A stretch of DNA of 64,000 nucleotides, taken from positions 2,139-66,138 of the forward strand of contig CASFUZ010000005.1 of the NCBI GenBank assembly GCA_949298065.1. The letters are read 5' to 3'. The stretch is from an uncultured Pseudomonadota bacterium (lineage in GTDB: Bacteria > Pseudomonadota > Alphaproteobacteria > RF32 > CAG-239). This document shows positions 1-10,191 of this stretch, one piece after another. How positions within the stretch are numbered: the stretch's first letter is position 1; each line of letters opens with the position of its first letter. The translations under genes were made by a program, and so were the position numbers. The notes under the pieces were generated by a model. It was not told the DNA's origin, ran no database searches, and saw only the letters and a program-made list of their open reading frames with translations.

Positions 1-632
1 AAGCGCGCTTTACCAACCAAATTTTCAAAAGGCACAAACCCGACATCAAAACGACTATCGTTAGACTTATCGCGGTTGTCCCCCATCACAAAAAAACTTC
101 CCTGAGGTACGGTAACTTCAATCGTGTTATCGGAGCCTTCGCTGTCCGAAACTTCTATAATCCGGTGCGTAAAGCCCTCGGGCAAAACCTCTGTATATTG
201 ACGAAATCGCTCGGCATTACCGGCGGCATCGCGGATAACAAAATCGCTGTCATTTTTGCGCTCAACCACTTTGCCGTTAATATACAAGCGACCGTCTTGC
301 ACTTTGACCTTATCGCCCGGCAAGCCGATAATGCGCTTAATGAAATCGGTCTTATTATCTTGCGGAAACTTAAAGACAACCACATCGCCGCGTTCCGGCA
401 TATCCGCCCAAATACGTCCGCTGATTAGGGGCAAAGAAAACGGCAAAGAATGTTTGGAATAACCATAAGTGTATTTTGACACAAACAAATAATCACCGAC
501 ATAAAGGGTCGGATACATTGAGCCGGAAGGAATTTTAAACGGCTCAAACAAAAAAGTACGGATTAAAATTGCAATAACAATAGCATAAATCACCGTTTTA
601 ATCGTATCGGCCAGGCTCTCTTCTTTCTCCAT
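1..632 (-). CDS. lepB: signal peptidase I (runs off the window edge, 3' end missing)
   Basis: Manual translation of the minus strand from ATG at 632 gives MEKEESLADTIKTVIYAIVIAILIRTFLFEPFKIPSGSMYPTLYVGDYLFVSKY, with the SPase I box IPSGSMxPTL. It follows acpS, the usual alphaproteobacterial order. Not in the ORF track because it is truncated. Confidence 0.93.
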   Translation of the reverse strand, partial: MEKEESLADTIKTVIYAIVIAILIRTFLFEPFKIPSGSMYPTLYVGDYLFVSKYTYGYSKHSLPFSLPLISGRIWADMPERGDVVVFKFPQDNKTDFIKRIIGLPGDKVKVQDGRLYINGKVVERKNDSDFVIRDAAGNAERFRQYTEVLPEGFTHRIIEVSDSEGSDNTIEVTVPQGSFFVMGDNRDKSNDSRFDVGFVPFENLVGKAR

Positions 633-666
633 TACAAAACCTCATAAACCAATTGTTTAACCTACT

Positions 667-711
667 GTTATTTTAGAGAAAAACACCGCTTATGCCTTTT
701 TCTAAAATAAC
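667..711. promoter_or_regulatory. inverted repeat/stem-loop between acpS and lepB
   Basis: gttattttagagaaa ... tttttctaaaataac, 15-nt arms with one mismatch. Confidence 0.45.
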
Positions 712-754
712 GCTCATATACTAGTCATTATTTTAATTATATCAACCCCAAAGT

Positions 755-1159
755 TTAAATAATTTCAATAATAACAAAGGCCTGTGCCCAAGGATAATCA
801 TCCGACATAGAAACATAAACTTGCGCTTGTCTGTTTTGACAGATTTCATCCAACTTCTTTTTAGCACCGTTATAAAGATGCATTTCCGGTTTGCCGCTCG
901 GCTGATGCACAATCTCAATATCTTTCATAAACACACCATCACGAAAACCTGTTCCCAAAGCCTTAGTGCAAGCCTCTTTAGCCGCAAAACGCTTAGCTGC
1001 AGCACAAGCATATTCTCGCGGCGAAAGTTTTTTGCGCCGCGCGATTTCGGCTTTTTCGGGCTCAGAAAATGCCCTATCCAAAAATCTGCTGCCAAACTGT
1101 TTCAGAGTTTCTTCTAACCTATCAATATTTGCCAAATCACAACCGATTCCAACAATCAT
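755..1159 (-). CDS. acpS: holo-ACP synthase
   Basis: GIGCD N-terminus, AKRFAAKEACTKALGTG, SGKP. Confidence 0.96.
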   Translation of the reverse strand: MIVGIGCDLANIDRLEETLKQFGSRFLDRAFSEPEKAEIARRKKLSPREYACAAAKRFAAKEACTKALGTGFRDGVFMKDIEIVHQPSGKPEMHLYNGAKKKLDEICQNRQAQVYVSMSDDYPWAQAFVIIEII

Positions 1160-1178
1160 ATTTCACCCTCATTTATTG

Positions 1179-3329
1179 TTATTGTGCGGCACGAGCCACA
1201 TAAGAAATTACCTTAGATGCCTTAAGCGCGGCAATAATATCCGTCAAATGCTTCAGGTCTTTTACCTCAACATCAACTAAAATCTCAAAATAACTAATTG
1301 TTCGGTTGATGATATTTAGGTTGGCAATATTACCGTTATTCCGCGCAATCAGATTTGAAAGCTCGGCCAAAGTTCCGGGTTCGTTTGCGAGCATAATCTT
1401 CAAGCGGCCGGTGTGCATTTCGTTTTCTGCTTCTTCGCCCCAAGCAATATCCAACCACCGCTCCGGCTCATCGGCATATTTCTCTAAAGCCTTACAATCA
1501 ATCGTGTGCACCGCAACACCTTTTCCGGTTGTAACAATACCGACGATTCTGTCTCCGGGCAACGGATGGCAACAACCGGCAAAATGCACGGCCATTCCCG
1601 GAATAAGACCTTTAATTTTAAGCGGTTCTCCTTTGCCTTTTTTCGGCTTAACCAATTTCTTAAAGCTCGGCAGCTTAACCGACTTAACCACTTTTTCCAG
1701 CTTAGATTGCTTATAACCGGGGTATACTGCTTTCAAAACATCCCAGCCGGTAACAATTCCCTCGCCGACTTTGGCATAAATATCATCAATCGTTTCCGCC
1801 TCAAAGTTCGGCAAAACATTAACCAAACCTTTTTCCGAAAACTCCAAACTTTCACCCTTAAACAACCGCTCCAAAATCTCTTGCCCGAGCGTAATAAATT
1901 GCTCGCGTTTATAAGCACGAACATAACGTCTGATAGCCGCCTTGGCCTTGCCCGTAACCACAAAGCGCTCCCATTCTGTTGAGGGGTGCTGTGCTTTAGA
2001 GGTCAAAATCTCAACCTGATCACCATTTTGCAAAACCGTTCTTAACGGACGAATTTCACCGTTGATTTTTGCGCCCACACAAGTATCACCGACCGAAGAA
2101 TGCACGGCATAAGCAAAATCAACCGGTGTTGAATTAACCGGCAAACCGATAAGGTCTCCTTTAGGCGTAAAGCAAAAGACCTGGTCGTTATACATCTCAA
2201 GTTTGGTATTTTCCAAAAACTCTTCCGGATTTGAGGCTTGTTCCAAAATCTCCAACAATTCTCTAATCCAGCGGAAGTTTTTACCTTCGGCTTTTTGCCC
2301 TTGCTTATAAGCCCAGTGCGCCGCCACACCTTTCTCACCGATTTCGTGCATTTCGTGTGTGCGGATTTGAATCTCAATACGCGTATTTTCCGGACCGATA
2401 ACTCCGGTATGGATAGATTGATACCCATTGGGCTTCGGTGTGGAAATATAATCTTTAAAGCGGCGCGGCACCATATGATACTTGCTGTGAACAATACCCA
2501 AGGCCTGATAACAAGTTGCCACGTCATCAACAATAATGCGGAAAGCCATAATATCGGAAAGTTGCTCAAAAGAAGCATTTTTCTGCTGCATTTTGCGCCA
2601 AATGGAATAAGGCGTTTTTTCTCTGCCGGAAACAACGGCCTTAATACCGTTTTCTTCCATATCTTTTTGCAACTGTTCAATAATCTTCGGCACCAGATTG
2701 CTGTCTTTTTCGCGCAAGAAGTTCAGACGTGCCACAATAGAATCATGCGCTTCCTTATGCAACTCGGCAAAAGCAATTTCTTCCAACTCGCTTTTGACCT
2801 CCTGCATACCGATACGCTCGGCCAAAGGCGCATAAATATCCAAAGTCTCGCGCGAAATACGCGCTCTTTTTTCCGGCGCGCAAAAATGCAATGTACGCAT
2901 ATTATGCAAGCGATCAGCCAACTTAATCAGCAAGACGCGAATATCTTCAGACATAGCAAGCAAGAGCTTACGGAAATTTTCAGCTTGCTTGTTGTTGGCT
3001 GACTTTTGTTCAATCTTGGCCAACTTAGTCAGGCCATCAACAATCTGCGCCACTTGGTCGCCAAAAAGCTCGCGCACTTCCTCAACCGTTGTATCCGTAT
3101 CTTCCACCGTATCATGGAGCAAACCGGCAATAATGGAAACTGAATCCAACTTAAATTTTGTTAAAATACCGGCCACTTCTACCGGATGCGAATAATAAGG
3201 GTCGCCGGAGGTTCTAAGCTGAGCGCCGTGTTTTTTCATAGCAAACACATAGGCGCGGTTTAATGCATCTTCATCGGCATCCGGGTCATAGGATTTGACC
3301 AAATCAACAAGTTCATACTGTCTTAACAT
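1179..3329 (-). CDS. spoT: bifunctional (p)ppGpp synthetase/hydrolase (long RSH)
   Basis: HD motif LLHDTVEDT, KLADRLHNMRTL, RFKDYISTPKPNGYQSIHT, TGS domain (TPVDFAYAVHS), CC motif and C-terminal ACT domain. Confidence 0.97.
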   Translation of the reverse strand: MLRQYELVDLVKSYDPDADEDALNRAYVFAMKKHGAQLRTSGDPYYSHPVEVAGILTKFKLDSVSIIAGLLHDTVEDTDTTVEEVRELFGDQVAQIVDGLTKLAKIEQKSANNKQAENFRKLLLAMSEDIRVLLIKLADRLHNMRTLHFCAPEKRARISRETLDIYAPLAERIGMQEVKSELEEIAFAELHKEAHDSIVARLNFLREKDSNLVPKIIEQLQKDMEENGIKAVVSGREKTPYSIWRKMQQKNASFEQLSDIMAFRIIVDDVATCYQALGIVHSKYHMVPRRFKDYISTPKPNGYQSIHTGVIGPENTRIEIQIRTHEMHEIGEKGVAAHWAYKQGQKAEGKNFRWIRELLEILEQASNPEEFLENTKLEMYNDQVFCFTPKGDLIGLPVNSTPVDFAYAVHSSVGDTCVGAKINGEIRPLRTVLQNGDQVEILTSKAQHPSTEWERFVVTGKAKAAIRRYVRAYKREQFITLGQEILERLFKGESLEFSEKGLVNVLPNFEAETIDDIYAKVGEGIVTGWDVLKAVYPGYKQSKLEKVVKSVKLPSFKKLVKPKKGKGEPLKIKGLIPGMAVHFAGCCHPLPGDRIVGIVTTGKGVAVHTIDCKALEKYADEPERWLDIAWGEEAENEMHTGRLKIMLANEPGTLAELSNLIARNNGNIANLNIINRTISYFEILVDVEVKDLKHLTDIIAALKASKVISYVARAAQ

Positions 3330-3430
3330 TGCAACCTTATTATTCTAATCAAAAAAAACTTCCATCCAATCCTGCTTTGATAGCTATTTTATACTATAAT
3401 TAAAAAATTAACAATTACTTTAAACCAGCA

Positions 3431-3458
3431 AAAACCCCGCAGATTATGCGGGGTTTTT
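3431..3458. terminator. intrinsic terminator-like hairpin between rpoZ and spoT
   Basis: aaaaccccgca-gatta-tgcggggttttt. Confidence 0.7.
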
Positions 3459-3482
3459 CCAAGATTTTTTATGATATTGATT

Positions 3483-3974
3483 TTATTCTTCATCAAAACC
3501 ATCGGCGACATCATCACCCATATCAAAACCGTCATCCATTCCGGCTTCGTCATCAAGCGAAATATCATCATCACTACCGGCATCAGCAGCGTCCAAGTCC
3601 AAAACATCGTCATCATCACCGCCATGAACCTGCATACCATCAGCCATTTCGCCATCAAGCAACAAACCGGAGAACTGCTCGTCCAAATCAGCCAATTCTT
3701 TTTCAGCAGCCATAATCTCAAGCTCTTCTTCTTCCGGCTCCTCAACTTCAACATATTTTTGCAAGCCCATAACCAGAGATTTTTGCAATTCTTCAATGCT
3801 GACTTTTTCTTCTGCAATCTCACGCAAAGCAATCACCGGATTCTTGTCATTATCTCTTGCAACCGTAATCGGTGCGCCGGAGCTGATATCTTTTGCTCTC
3901 TGAGCTGCAACCATCAACAACTCATAGCGATTCGGAATTTTATCAACGCAGTCTTCAACTGTAACACGAGCCAT
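3483..3974 (-). CDS. rpoZ: RNA polymerase omega subunit with acidic tail
   Basis: [19 protein letters not shown]...[14 protein letters not shown], the alphaproteobacterial omega signature; upstream of spoT. Confidence 0.97.
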   Translation of the reverse strand: MARVTVEDCVDKIPNRYELLMVAAQRAKDISSGAPITVARDNDKNPVIALREIAEEKVSIEELQKSLVMGLQKYVEVEEPEEEELEIMAAEKELADLDEQFSGLLLDGEMADGMQVHGGDDDDVLDLDAADAGSDDDISLDDEAGMDDGFDMGDDVADGFDEE

Positions 3975-4068
3975 TTTCTTTTACCTTTTTTAATAAGTTA
4001 AATCAATTTTTTAAGTGTTATAAGCTCAAATAAAACCAAATTGCAAGAAAAAAATATTCAAAATCAAC

Positions 4069-5445
4069 CTAAGCCGCTGATTTTAGGCAATTTAATCTTG
4101 CATAAATTTTTACGGGCAATTTATCAATATCCCCTGCCCCCATGGTTATGACGATTCCTTTGAAATCTGAAGAAGCATTCACAATCTCTTCTTCGCTCAT
4201 CAATCTTACGGGAACACTAATCTTATCTAAGATAATATCTGACGTAACATTCGGAATGGGCTTCTCACGCGCCGGATAAATATTCATCAAAATAACTTCA
4301 TCAGCCAAAGATAAGCTGGCTGCAAACTCCGGTGCAAAATCTTTGGTACGGGAATATAAATGCGGCTGAAAAATAACCATCAAATGCTGTTGCGGCCAAA
4401 TTTGGCGAACCGAGCGCAGTGTTGCCTCAATCTCTTTGGGATGGTGAGCATAATCATCAATCAAAGTCAACTTTTCGTCAGCTAAGATAATATTAAAACG
4501 CCGATGCACACCCTTAAACTCGGGCAAAGCTTTTCTAATCTCTTCTTCGGTAACACCGCAGTCTAAAGCAACCGTAATCGCCGCTGTCGCATTTTCCACA
4601 TTAACCATCCCCGGCACACCAAGCTTCAAATCAAAAATATCGCCATTCTTGCCATGATAATCAAAAGTATACAATCCGTTTTCCAAGCGTAGATTATCCG
4701 AATAAAAATCAGCCTTACCGTTTAGGCAATAATAACCGTCAACTTTATGACGTTTAATTTCCAAGCCTTGTTTAATAAAGAGCTTTCCACCCTCCACAAT
4801 TTTTTCGGCAAAATCCTCAAAAGCAGCCAAAATACTCTCTCTGCTGCCGTAAATATCCATATGGTCAGCATCCATAGAAGTAATAATTGCTTTCTCTGGG
4901 TTAAGAGTCAAAAACGAACGGTCAAACTCATCAGCTTCAATAACAATATAATCCGATGTTGTGTCCACCAACAAATTTGTGCCAAAATTCTCGGAAATTC
5001 CACCCAAAAAAGCGCTGCATTTAATCTTAGAATTATGCAAAAGCCACGCAAGCAAAGTAGAAGTTGTGGTTTTTCCGTGAGTCCCGGCCACACATAAAGC
5101 CTTTCCCGCTTGCGACAAAAGCCCCAAAACCTCAGAACGCTTATGCGGCTTCATACCATTTTCAATAAAGAAATTAAGCTGCTTGTTATCTTGCGGAATA
5201 GCCGGCGTATAAACCACCAATGTCTGCTCTTTATTCCGATAAACTTCGCTGATTTCCGAAACCTCATCAGCATAATTAATTTCAATACCTTCTTCTGAAG
5301 CCATTTTTTCGGTCAAAGCCGTTTTTGTGCGGTCATATCCGGCAACATTATAGCCCTTAACCTTAAAATAACGAGCCAATGCACTCATACCGATACCGCC
5401 GATACCGACGAAATATACATTTTTTATATTATCTAAAATCGTCAT
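4069..5445 (-). CDS. murC: UDP-N-acetylmuramate--L-alanine ligase (Bacteroidota-like sequence)
   Basis: GIGGIGMSALA, AGTHGKTTTS, EADEFDRSF, DDYAHHP, FQPHLYSRT, MGAGDI. Confidence 0.95.
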   Translation of the reverse strand: MTILDNIKNVYFVGIGGIGMSALARYFKVKGYNVAGYDRTKTALTEKMASEEGIEINYADEVSEISEVYRNKEQTLVVYTPAIPQDNKQLNFFIENGMKPHKRSEVLGLLSQAGKALCVAGTHGKTTTSTLLAWLLHNSKIKCSAFLGGISENFGTNLLVDTTSDYIVIEADEFDRSFLTLNPEKAIITSMDADHMDIYGSRESILAAFEDFAEKIVEGGKLFIKQGLEIKRHKVDGYYCLNGKADFYSDNLRLENGLYTFDYHGKNGDIFDLKLGVPGMVNVENATAAITVALDCGVTEEEIRKALPEFKGVHRRFNIILADEKLTLIDDYAHHPKEIEATLRSVRQIWPQQHLMVIFQPHLYSRTKDFAPEFAASLSLADEVILMNIYPAREKPIPNVTSDIILDKISVPVRLMSEEEIVNASSDFKGIVITMGAGDIDKLPVKIYARLNCLKSAA

Positions 5446-5446
5446 T

Positions 5447-6778
5447 TTATTTTAACTTTCTTACTTCTTCTTTGAACATCTCACCGCGATGCTCATAACT
5501 CTTAAACAAATCAAAGCTGGCACAGCAAGGCGAAAGCAATACAACATCGCCTGATTTTGCATGAGCCTTCGCTGCTTTAACCGCATCTGCCAGATTATTA
5601 GTATCTACCACTTCGCAAATCGGCGAAAAACTTTCAATCAGTTTTTCGTTATGCAGGCCCATACAAATCAATGTCTTAACTTTAGCCTTAACCAAATCAA
5701 ACAACACGCTATAGTCGTTTCCTTTGTCTTTGCCGCCCGCAATCCACACAACCGGCGCAGTCATACTATCCAAAGCATACCATGCGGAATCAACATTTGT
5801 GGCTTTTGAGTCATTGATATAAGTAACACCGTCTTTGACCAAGACCGTTTCCAACCGATGCTCAACCTGAGGGAATGTCCTTAAACCTTCGGCGATTTTC
5901 TCGTTGCTTACACCCAAACGCATACATGCCAAAACAGCGCACATAGCATTATAAACATTGTGGCGGCCCTTAATGGTAATCTCGTTTTTATCAATAACGA
6001 ACTCTCGGCCCGATTCTCTTGCCACCAAGTTGTTGCCGTCCATATACGCCGCGCATTCACTTTTGTCAAGATAGGTGAAGGGCGCTGCTTGGGGCACAAT
6101 ATTCAAACTTGCAACCTTTTCACGCACGACATCGCTGTCATAACCATAAATAAACAGATCATCTTCTCGCATATTCTGCAAGATACGAAACTTTGAGTTA
6201 ATATAATTTTCAAACTTAAAATCATACCTGTCCAAATGATCCGGCGTAATATTAGTCAGAACGGCTACATCTGCTCTGAAATCATACATTCCGTCCAACT
6301 GAAAGCTGGATAATTCAATCACATATAAAGGATGCGCATTTTCAGCCACTTGTGCTGCCAGAGAGAAACCGACATTTCCGGCCAAACCGGCATCAACACC
6401 GGCCACATCCAAAATATGTTTGGTCAGAAGCGTTGTAGTTGTCTTGCCGTTGCTTCCCGTAATGCAACACATTTTAGCCGAGCTGTTGCGTCCGGCAAAC
6501 TCAATTTCCGAGATTACTTCTATCTTGCGCCGATGCAACTCTTCCACCACCGGATTATTTTCAGGTATTCCCGGACTTTTAATCACCAAATCGGCATTAT
6601 AAATTTTATCAAGGCTATGTTGGCCTTCCTCAAACTCAATCTGATTTTTAATCAAAACCTCACGATATTTGTCAGACAAATTTCCTTTATCCGATAAAAA
6701 CACTTCATGTCCGAGCTTTTTAGCCAGCAAGCAGGAACCTGTCCCGCTTTCGCCGCCGCCCAACACAACTGTTCTCAT
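5447..6778 (-). CDS. murD: UDP-MurNAc-L-Ala--D-glutamate ligase (Bacteroidota-like sequence)
   Basis: ITGSNGKTTTT, ELSSFQL, NITPDHLDRY, NDSKATN, LLSPCCASFDLF. Confidence 0.96.
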   Translation of the reverse strand: MRTVVLGGGESGTGSCLLAKKLGHEVFLSDKGNLSDKYREVLIKNQIEFEEGQHSLDKIYNADLVIKSPGIPENNPVVEELHRRKIEVISEIEFAGRNSSAKMCCITGSNGKTTTTLLTKHILDVAGVDAGLAGNVGFSLAAQVAENAHPLYVIELSSFQLDGMYDFRADVAVLTNITPDHLDRYDFKFENYINSKFRILQNMREDDLFIYGYDSDVVREKVASLNIVPQAAPFTYLDKSECAAYMDGNNLVARESGREFVIDKNEITIKGRHNVYNAMCAVLACMRLGVSNEKIAEGLRTFPQVEHRLETVLVKDGVTYINDSKATNVDSAWYALDSMTAPVVWIAGGKDKGNDYSVLFDLVKAKVKTLICMGLHNEKLIESFSPICEVVDTNNLADAVKAAKAHAKSGDVVLLSPCCASFDLFKSYEHRGEMFKEEVRKLK

Positions 6779-6806
6779 ACTTTTCGTCCCTGCTAAAAAA
6801 TCCTGC

Positions 6807-8048
6807 TTAATACAACACTAAAATTGGAGCATTACCTATAAATCTATTGTTGTCAATAATCTTTCTTCTAAGTTCACCCCTATTTTTTCTGGTTTCCAAA
6901 ACATCGCTCATCGGAGCTTTATACATCGCCAAAATTGCTTCCACCGTTTCACGCTGCAAATCACCAATCCTTGTCCCTCCGATATCGCGCAAAGCATCAT
7001 GCACGCCTTGTTTATATAACAAAATTGAAGCCATAACACTCCGTGTCAGCATAGAAACCCTATAAGCTTTAACTGTCTTATCACAAGTATAGGCCCAACC
7101 TTCAATATCAAACCCATCTGCATTAATAAGCTTTGAAAATTCACGTTCCAAACCGGCATATTTAACCTTTTGCACCAACCTCTGACAAGGATTAACCAAA
7201 TCCTTAAGCATACTCACCTGTGTTCCCTTGCCCTGCTCTTTCTCCCACATATCAATCAATGTACCGGCTGTATTTATTCTGTCATAAGTTTTCAAATCTT
7301 TGGTAAAAGCATTAACCCTATCCAATGTTCCGACAAAAGCCTTCACATCGGCAGAAGTCAGCGGACTATTAAGGGTTGGTTCAAGCGTTCTGATATCGCT
7401 TAACGTAAGCTTAGTTTGCTTCGGGGCATCTGGATAAAACATTTCTTCAGGAACCATAGCATTGATTTTTTCAAAGAACTCTGGATTATGCATAACCTTT
7501 GCTTTGGTTGAAGGCAAAGGAACCTTTTCAATTGTTCGCCGATAATCGGGCCAACTTTCCGGCATCAAAACATAATAAAGATATGGCGAAACAAACTCCA
7601 AATCTTCAATTCCTTCAAGCTCTTTAGCGATTCTTTTAGGAAACTGATTTTTGGTTTCTTTAATCCCCGGCATATTCAAAATTTTTTCAGGCATATTCGG
7701 CACCGTATGCAAATAAGGTCCGATATATTGATAATACTCCGGCGGAATAACCGATAACATAGCAATCAAATCATCTTCATGCACATTTTTAAGACGTTTT
7801 TCCGTTTGTCCGTAATAATCAATCGTCACCCGAAACACATTATCAAAAATATTCCCAATATCCCAATGATAGTCATATTTACGGTCAACGATTTGGTTCT
7901 CTTTCACAAACTTTTTGAGCATTTCCTCATAAGGCGGCAGCTTTTCATTCATATTCACGGAAAAATCAGGCTTTTTATCCAAAGCCGCCTTCGCTCCAAA
8001 GCTCATCAGAGCGCTCAATATCGCCGATATTAAAAATATCTTTTTCAT
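6807..8048 (-). CDS. hypothetical exported protein
   Basis: 413 aa ORF with an N-terminal signal peptide (MKKIFLISAILSALMSFGAKA); overlaps the upstream stop by 4 nt. Confidence 0.7.
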   Translation of the reverse strand: MKKIFLISAILSALMSFGAKAALDKKPDFSVNMNEKLPPYEEMLKKFVKENQIVDRKYDYHWDIGNIFDNVFRVTIDYYGQTEKRLKNVHEDDLIAMLSVIPPEYYQYIGPYLHTVPNMPEKILNMPGIKETKNQFPKRIAKELEGIEDLEFVSPYLYYVLMPESWPDYRRTIEKVPLPSTKAKVMHNPEFFEKINAMVPEEMFYPDAPKQTKLTLSDIRTLEPTLNSPLTSADVKAFVGTLDRVNAFTKDLKTYDRINTAGTLIDMWEKEQGKGTQVSMLKDLVNPCQRLVQKVKYAGLEREFSKLINADGFDIEGWAYTCDKTVKAYRVSMLTRSVMASILLYKQGVHDALRDIGGTRIGDLQRETVEAILAMYKAPMSDVLETRKNRGELRRKIIDNNRFIGNAPILVLY

Positions 8049-9490
8049 AATGCCGTAATTCTGCTTTTAAAGGTCAAAACTTTTTCGCCGTTTGCCGGAA
8101 TTTCCACATGCCACAAAGCTGTTGAAGCATTTTTCTTTTCGCTGGCTTGGCTTTCCGCAACGATTTCCCAATTACCGCTAAATGTCTGCTCAAAATCAAC
8201 ATTAACCGATTCGCCTTTGGCATTTTTAAAGGTTATTTCAAAATCCGCTTCAAAACTTTCTTTACTCAACTTTGTAACATTGCGAAGTTTGCCGTTAAGC
8301 ACCACATCAAAAGATTTTCCTGAGACAAGTTCAGCTTTTCCGCCTTTTGCAAGCTGCGGAAAAGAGCTTTCCCCGACAAACAGCATATTTCCTTTAGCGT
8401 CTTTTTCATAAAGACGTACCACACCTTGCGGCAAAGGCAAACCCAAACCGCTTGCTTCCGAATTTGTCAGCTTAAACACCACTTCGGGATGATTGTTTTC
8501 AAACTCATTTTCACGCAAATTTAAGCCCGCATATAAAGGAGAAGTTGCTTTATAAACACGGTCAAAACGCACATTTTCCTTTTCAAACAAACTAATCTGC
8601 TTAGACTGATTATTTTTAACATCCACACGTTTGGGCAACTCATACAAATAATAATCGCCCAAAGCTTCGGGAACAATACCGCCAACAGCATTTTCAGGCA
8701 AAGAGGCATCGGATACGGCTGCTTTCATAGACAAGGCATACATTCTAGGCATAGCAACAGGTTGCACAGTATTAACACTTCCCGACACGAGCTGCACGGA
8801 AGCCTTTTCAAAATCGGCACCGGATTTATTATCAATCGTAACCCAGCCATTGAGGTTCATAACATTATCTTTTCCGACCTCAGCCACATAAGCGGCATTC
8901 CACTTAATCCCGTTTGTCAAATATGCAAGCTGCAACTTCTTTTTTCCGGGAGTTTTATTACGCAGACGCATATCAAGCGTTGGTTTGGTTATCAAATTTT
9001 TCGGTAATTTTTCATAAATAATACGCCCAGGGAATTCCGTTTCAACACCATAATCAAATTGCAAAACAGGACGGCAACTAACACTATCAATTATTTTGGC
9101 GGTATTAAAAATATCTTTTCCCGTTTTTTCATCAAAACGAGCGGTTTTAACGGTTTCACCGACCATATTTTCCACAAGATTACAAGAGTTCAAAAGGTTA
9201 TAATTATAGTTTTGTTCTTTAACACTAACTCCCTCTCCCGTAAGCATGGCACTTTCGGGATTAATCTGCTCAGGCACTCCTTGAAACGCAATCAGGTTAC
9301 TACCGCGTTCAAGTTCTATTTCACGCACATCCCTAACAAAACCCATACCATTGTTATAAATACTGATTGCCATATTCACAGATTTATCGGCATCTATTAC
9401 AATTTTATTGTTTTCGGCACAAGCAACGGAAGCGGAAAGGAAGCCCAAAGAAACAGATAAAAACAAAACATTAACAAACTTTTTTTGCAT
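8045..9490 (-). CDS. DUF4139-family exported protein
   Basis: Signal peptide; SIYNNGMGFVRDVR, EQNYNYNLL, LAYLTNGIKWNAAY, YYLYELP, GLPLPQGVVRLYEKD. Confidence 0.75.
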   Translation of the reverse strand: MQKKFVNVLFLSVSLGFLSASVACAENNKIVIDADKSVNMAISIYNNGMGFVRDVREIELERGSNLIAFQGVPEQINPESAMLTGEGVSVKEQNYNYNLLNSCNLVENMVGETVKTARFDEKTGKDIFNTAKIIDSVSCRPVLQFDYGVETEFPGRIIYEKLPKNLITKPTLDMRLRNKTPGKKKLQLAYLTNGIKWNAAYVAEVGKDNVMNLNGWVTIDNKSGADFEKASVQLVSGSVNTVQPVAMPRMYALSMKAAVSDASLPENAVGGIVPEALGDYYLYELPKRVDVKNNQSKQISLFEKENVRFDRVYKATSPLYAGLNLRENEFENNHPEVVFKLTNSEASGLGLPLPQGVVRLYEKDAKGNMLFVGESSFPQLAKGGKAELVSGKSFDVVLNGKLRNVTKLSKESFEADFEITFKNAKGESVNVDFEQTFSGNWEIVAESQASEKKNASTALWHVEIPANGEKVLTFKSRITAL

Positions 9491-9644
9491 TTAATAACCC
9501 CTTACAACATAATTTTTGACCAATATAACCCATAAAATTGCAAAAAAAAAGTGATAAAATGTTAATATTGCTAGACTCGGTAACAATATTTTCATAATAT
9601 CGGGATATATATTGAATAAAGCTAAAGTTTTAAGGAGAAAAAAC

Positions 9645-10154
9645 ATGGCATGGACAGAACAAATGGTTGAAGACCTGAAACGGATGTGGGCGGAAGGATT
9701 AACCACAGGCGAAATAGGCAAACGTTTGGGTGTTTCCAAGAACTCCGTTGTAGGGAAAGTTCATCGTCTTCAACTTTCCGGCCGTCCATCGCCGATAAAA
9801 AAGAAGGATAGTCCTACAAAAGAAACTCCAGCTCCATCCAAACCAAGCAAAGCGGAGAAGCCAACACAGCCAACACAGCAGGTAAGCAAATCTAAAGAAG
9901 AGAAAGCCCCGCAGAAAAAGGAAGAGATTGAAGAACTCATTGTTTCTACGTCCATATCAACAGCAGAGCCCAAAGCACAATCACGATCTTCCGGCAAAAC
10001 GATGCTGACAGATTTGGATAATCACACTTGCCGATGGCCGATTGGCGACCCCAAAGATGAAAATTTTCATTTCTGTGGCAAAAAAGTCAAAATCGGACAG
10101 ACCTATTGCGAAGAACACGCCAATATCGCTTATGTTAAACCCGGCAAAAAATAA
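9645..10154 (+). CDS. gcrA: cell-cycle regulator GcrA
   Basis: MAWTEQMVEDLKRMWAEGL...SKNSVVGKVHRL and C-terminal CRWPIGDP...FHFCG...YCEEH; AGGAG RBS before ATG 9645. Confidence 0.93.
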   Translation: MAWTEQMVEDLKRMWAEGLTTGEIGKRLGVSKNSVVGKVHRLQLSGRPSPIKKKDSPTKETPAPSKPSKAEKPTQPTQQVSKSKEEKAPQKKEEIEELIVSTSISTAEPKAQSRSSGKTMLTDLDNHTCRWPIGDPKDENFHFCGKKVKIGQTYCEEHANIAYVKPGKK

Positions 10155-10191
10155 TTTTTAGCAGACCTCAAATATAAGGACTTTGTATATT

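Noticed and set aside
155-462. Short ORFs at the window start
   Set aside because: They overlap the real, truncated lepB frame.
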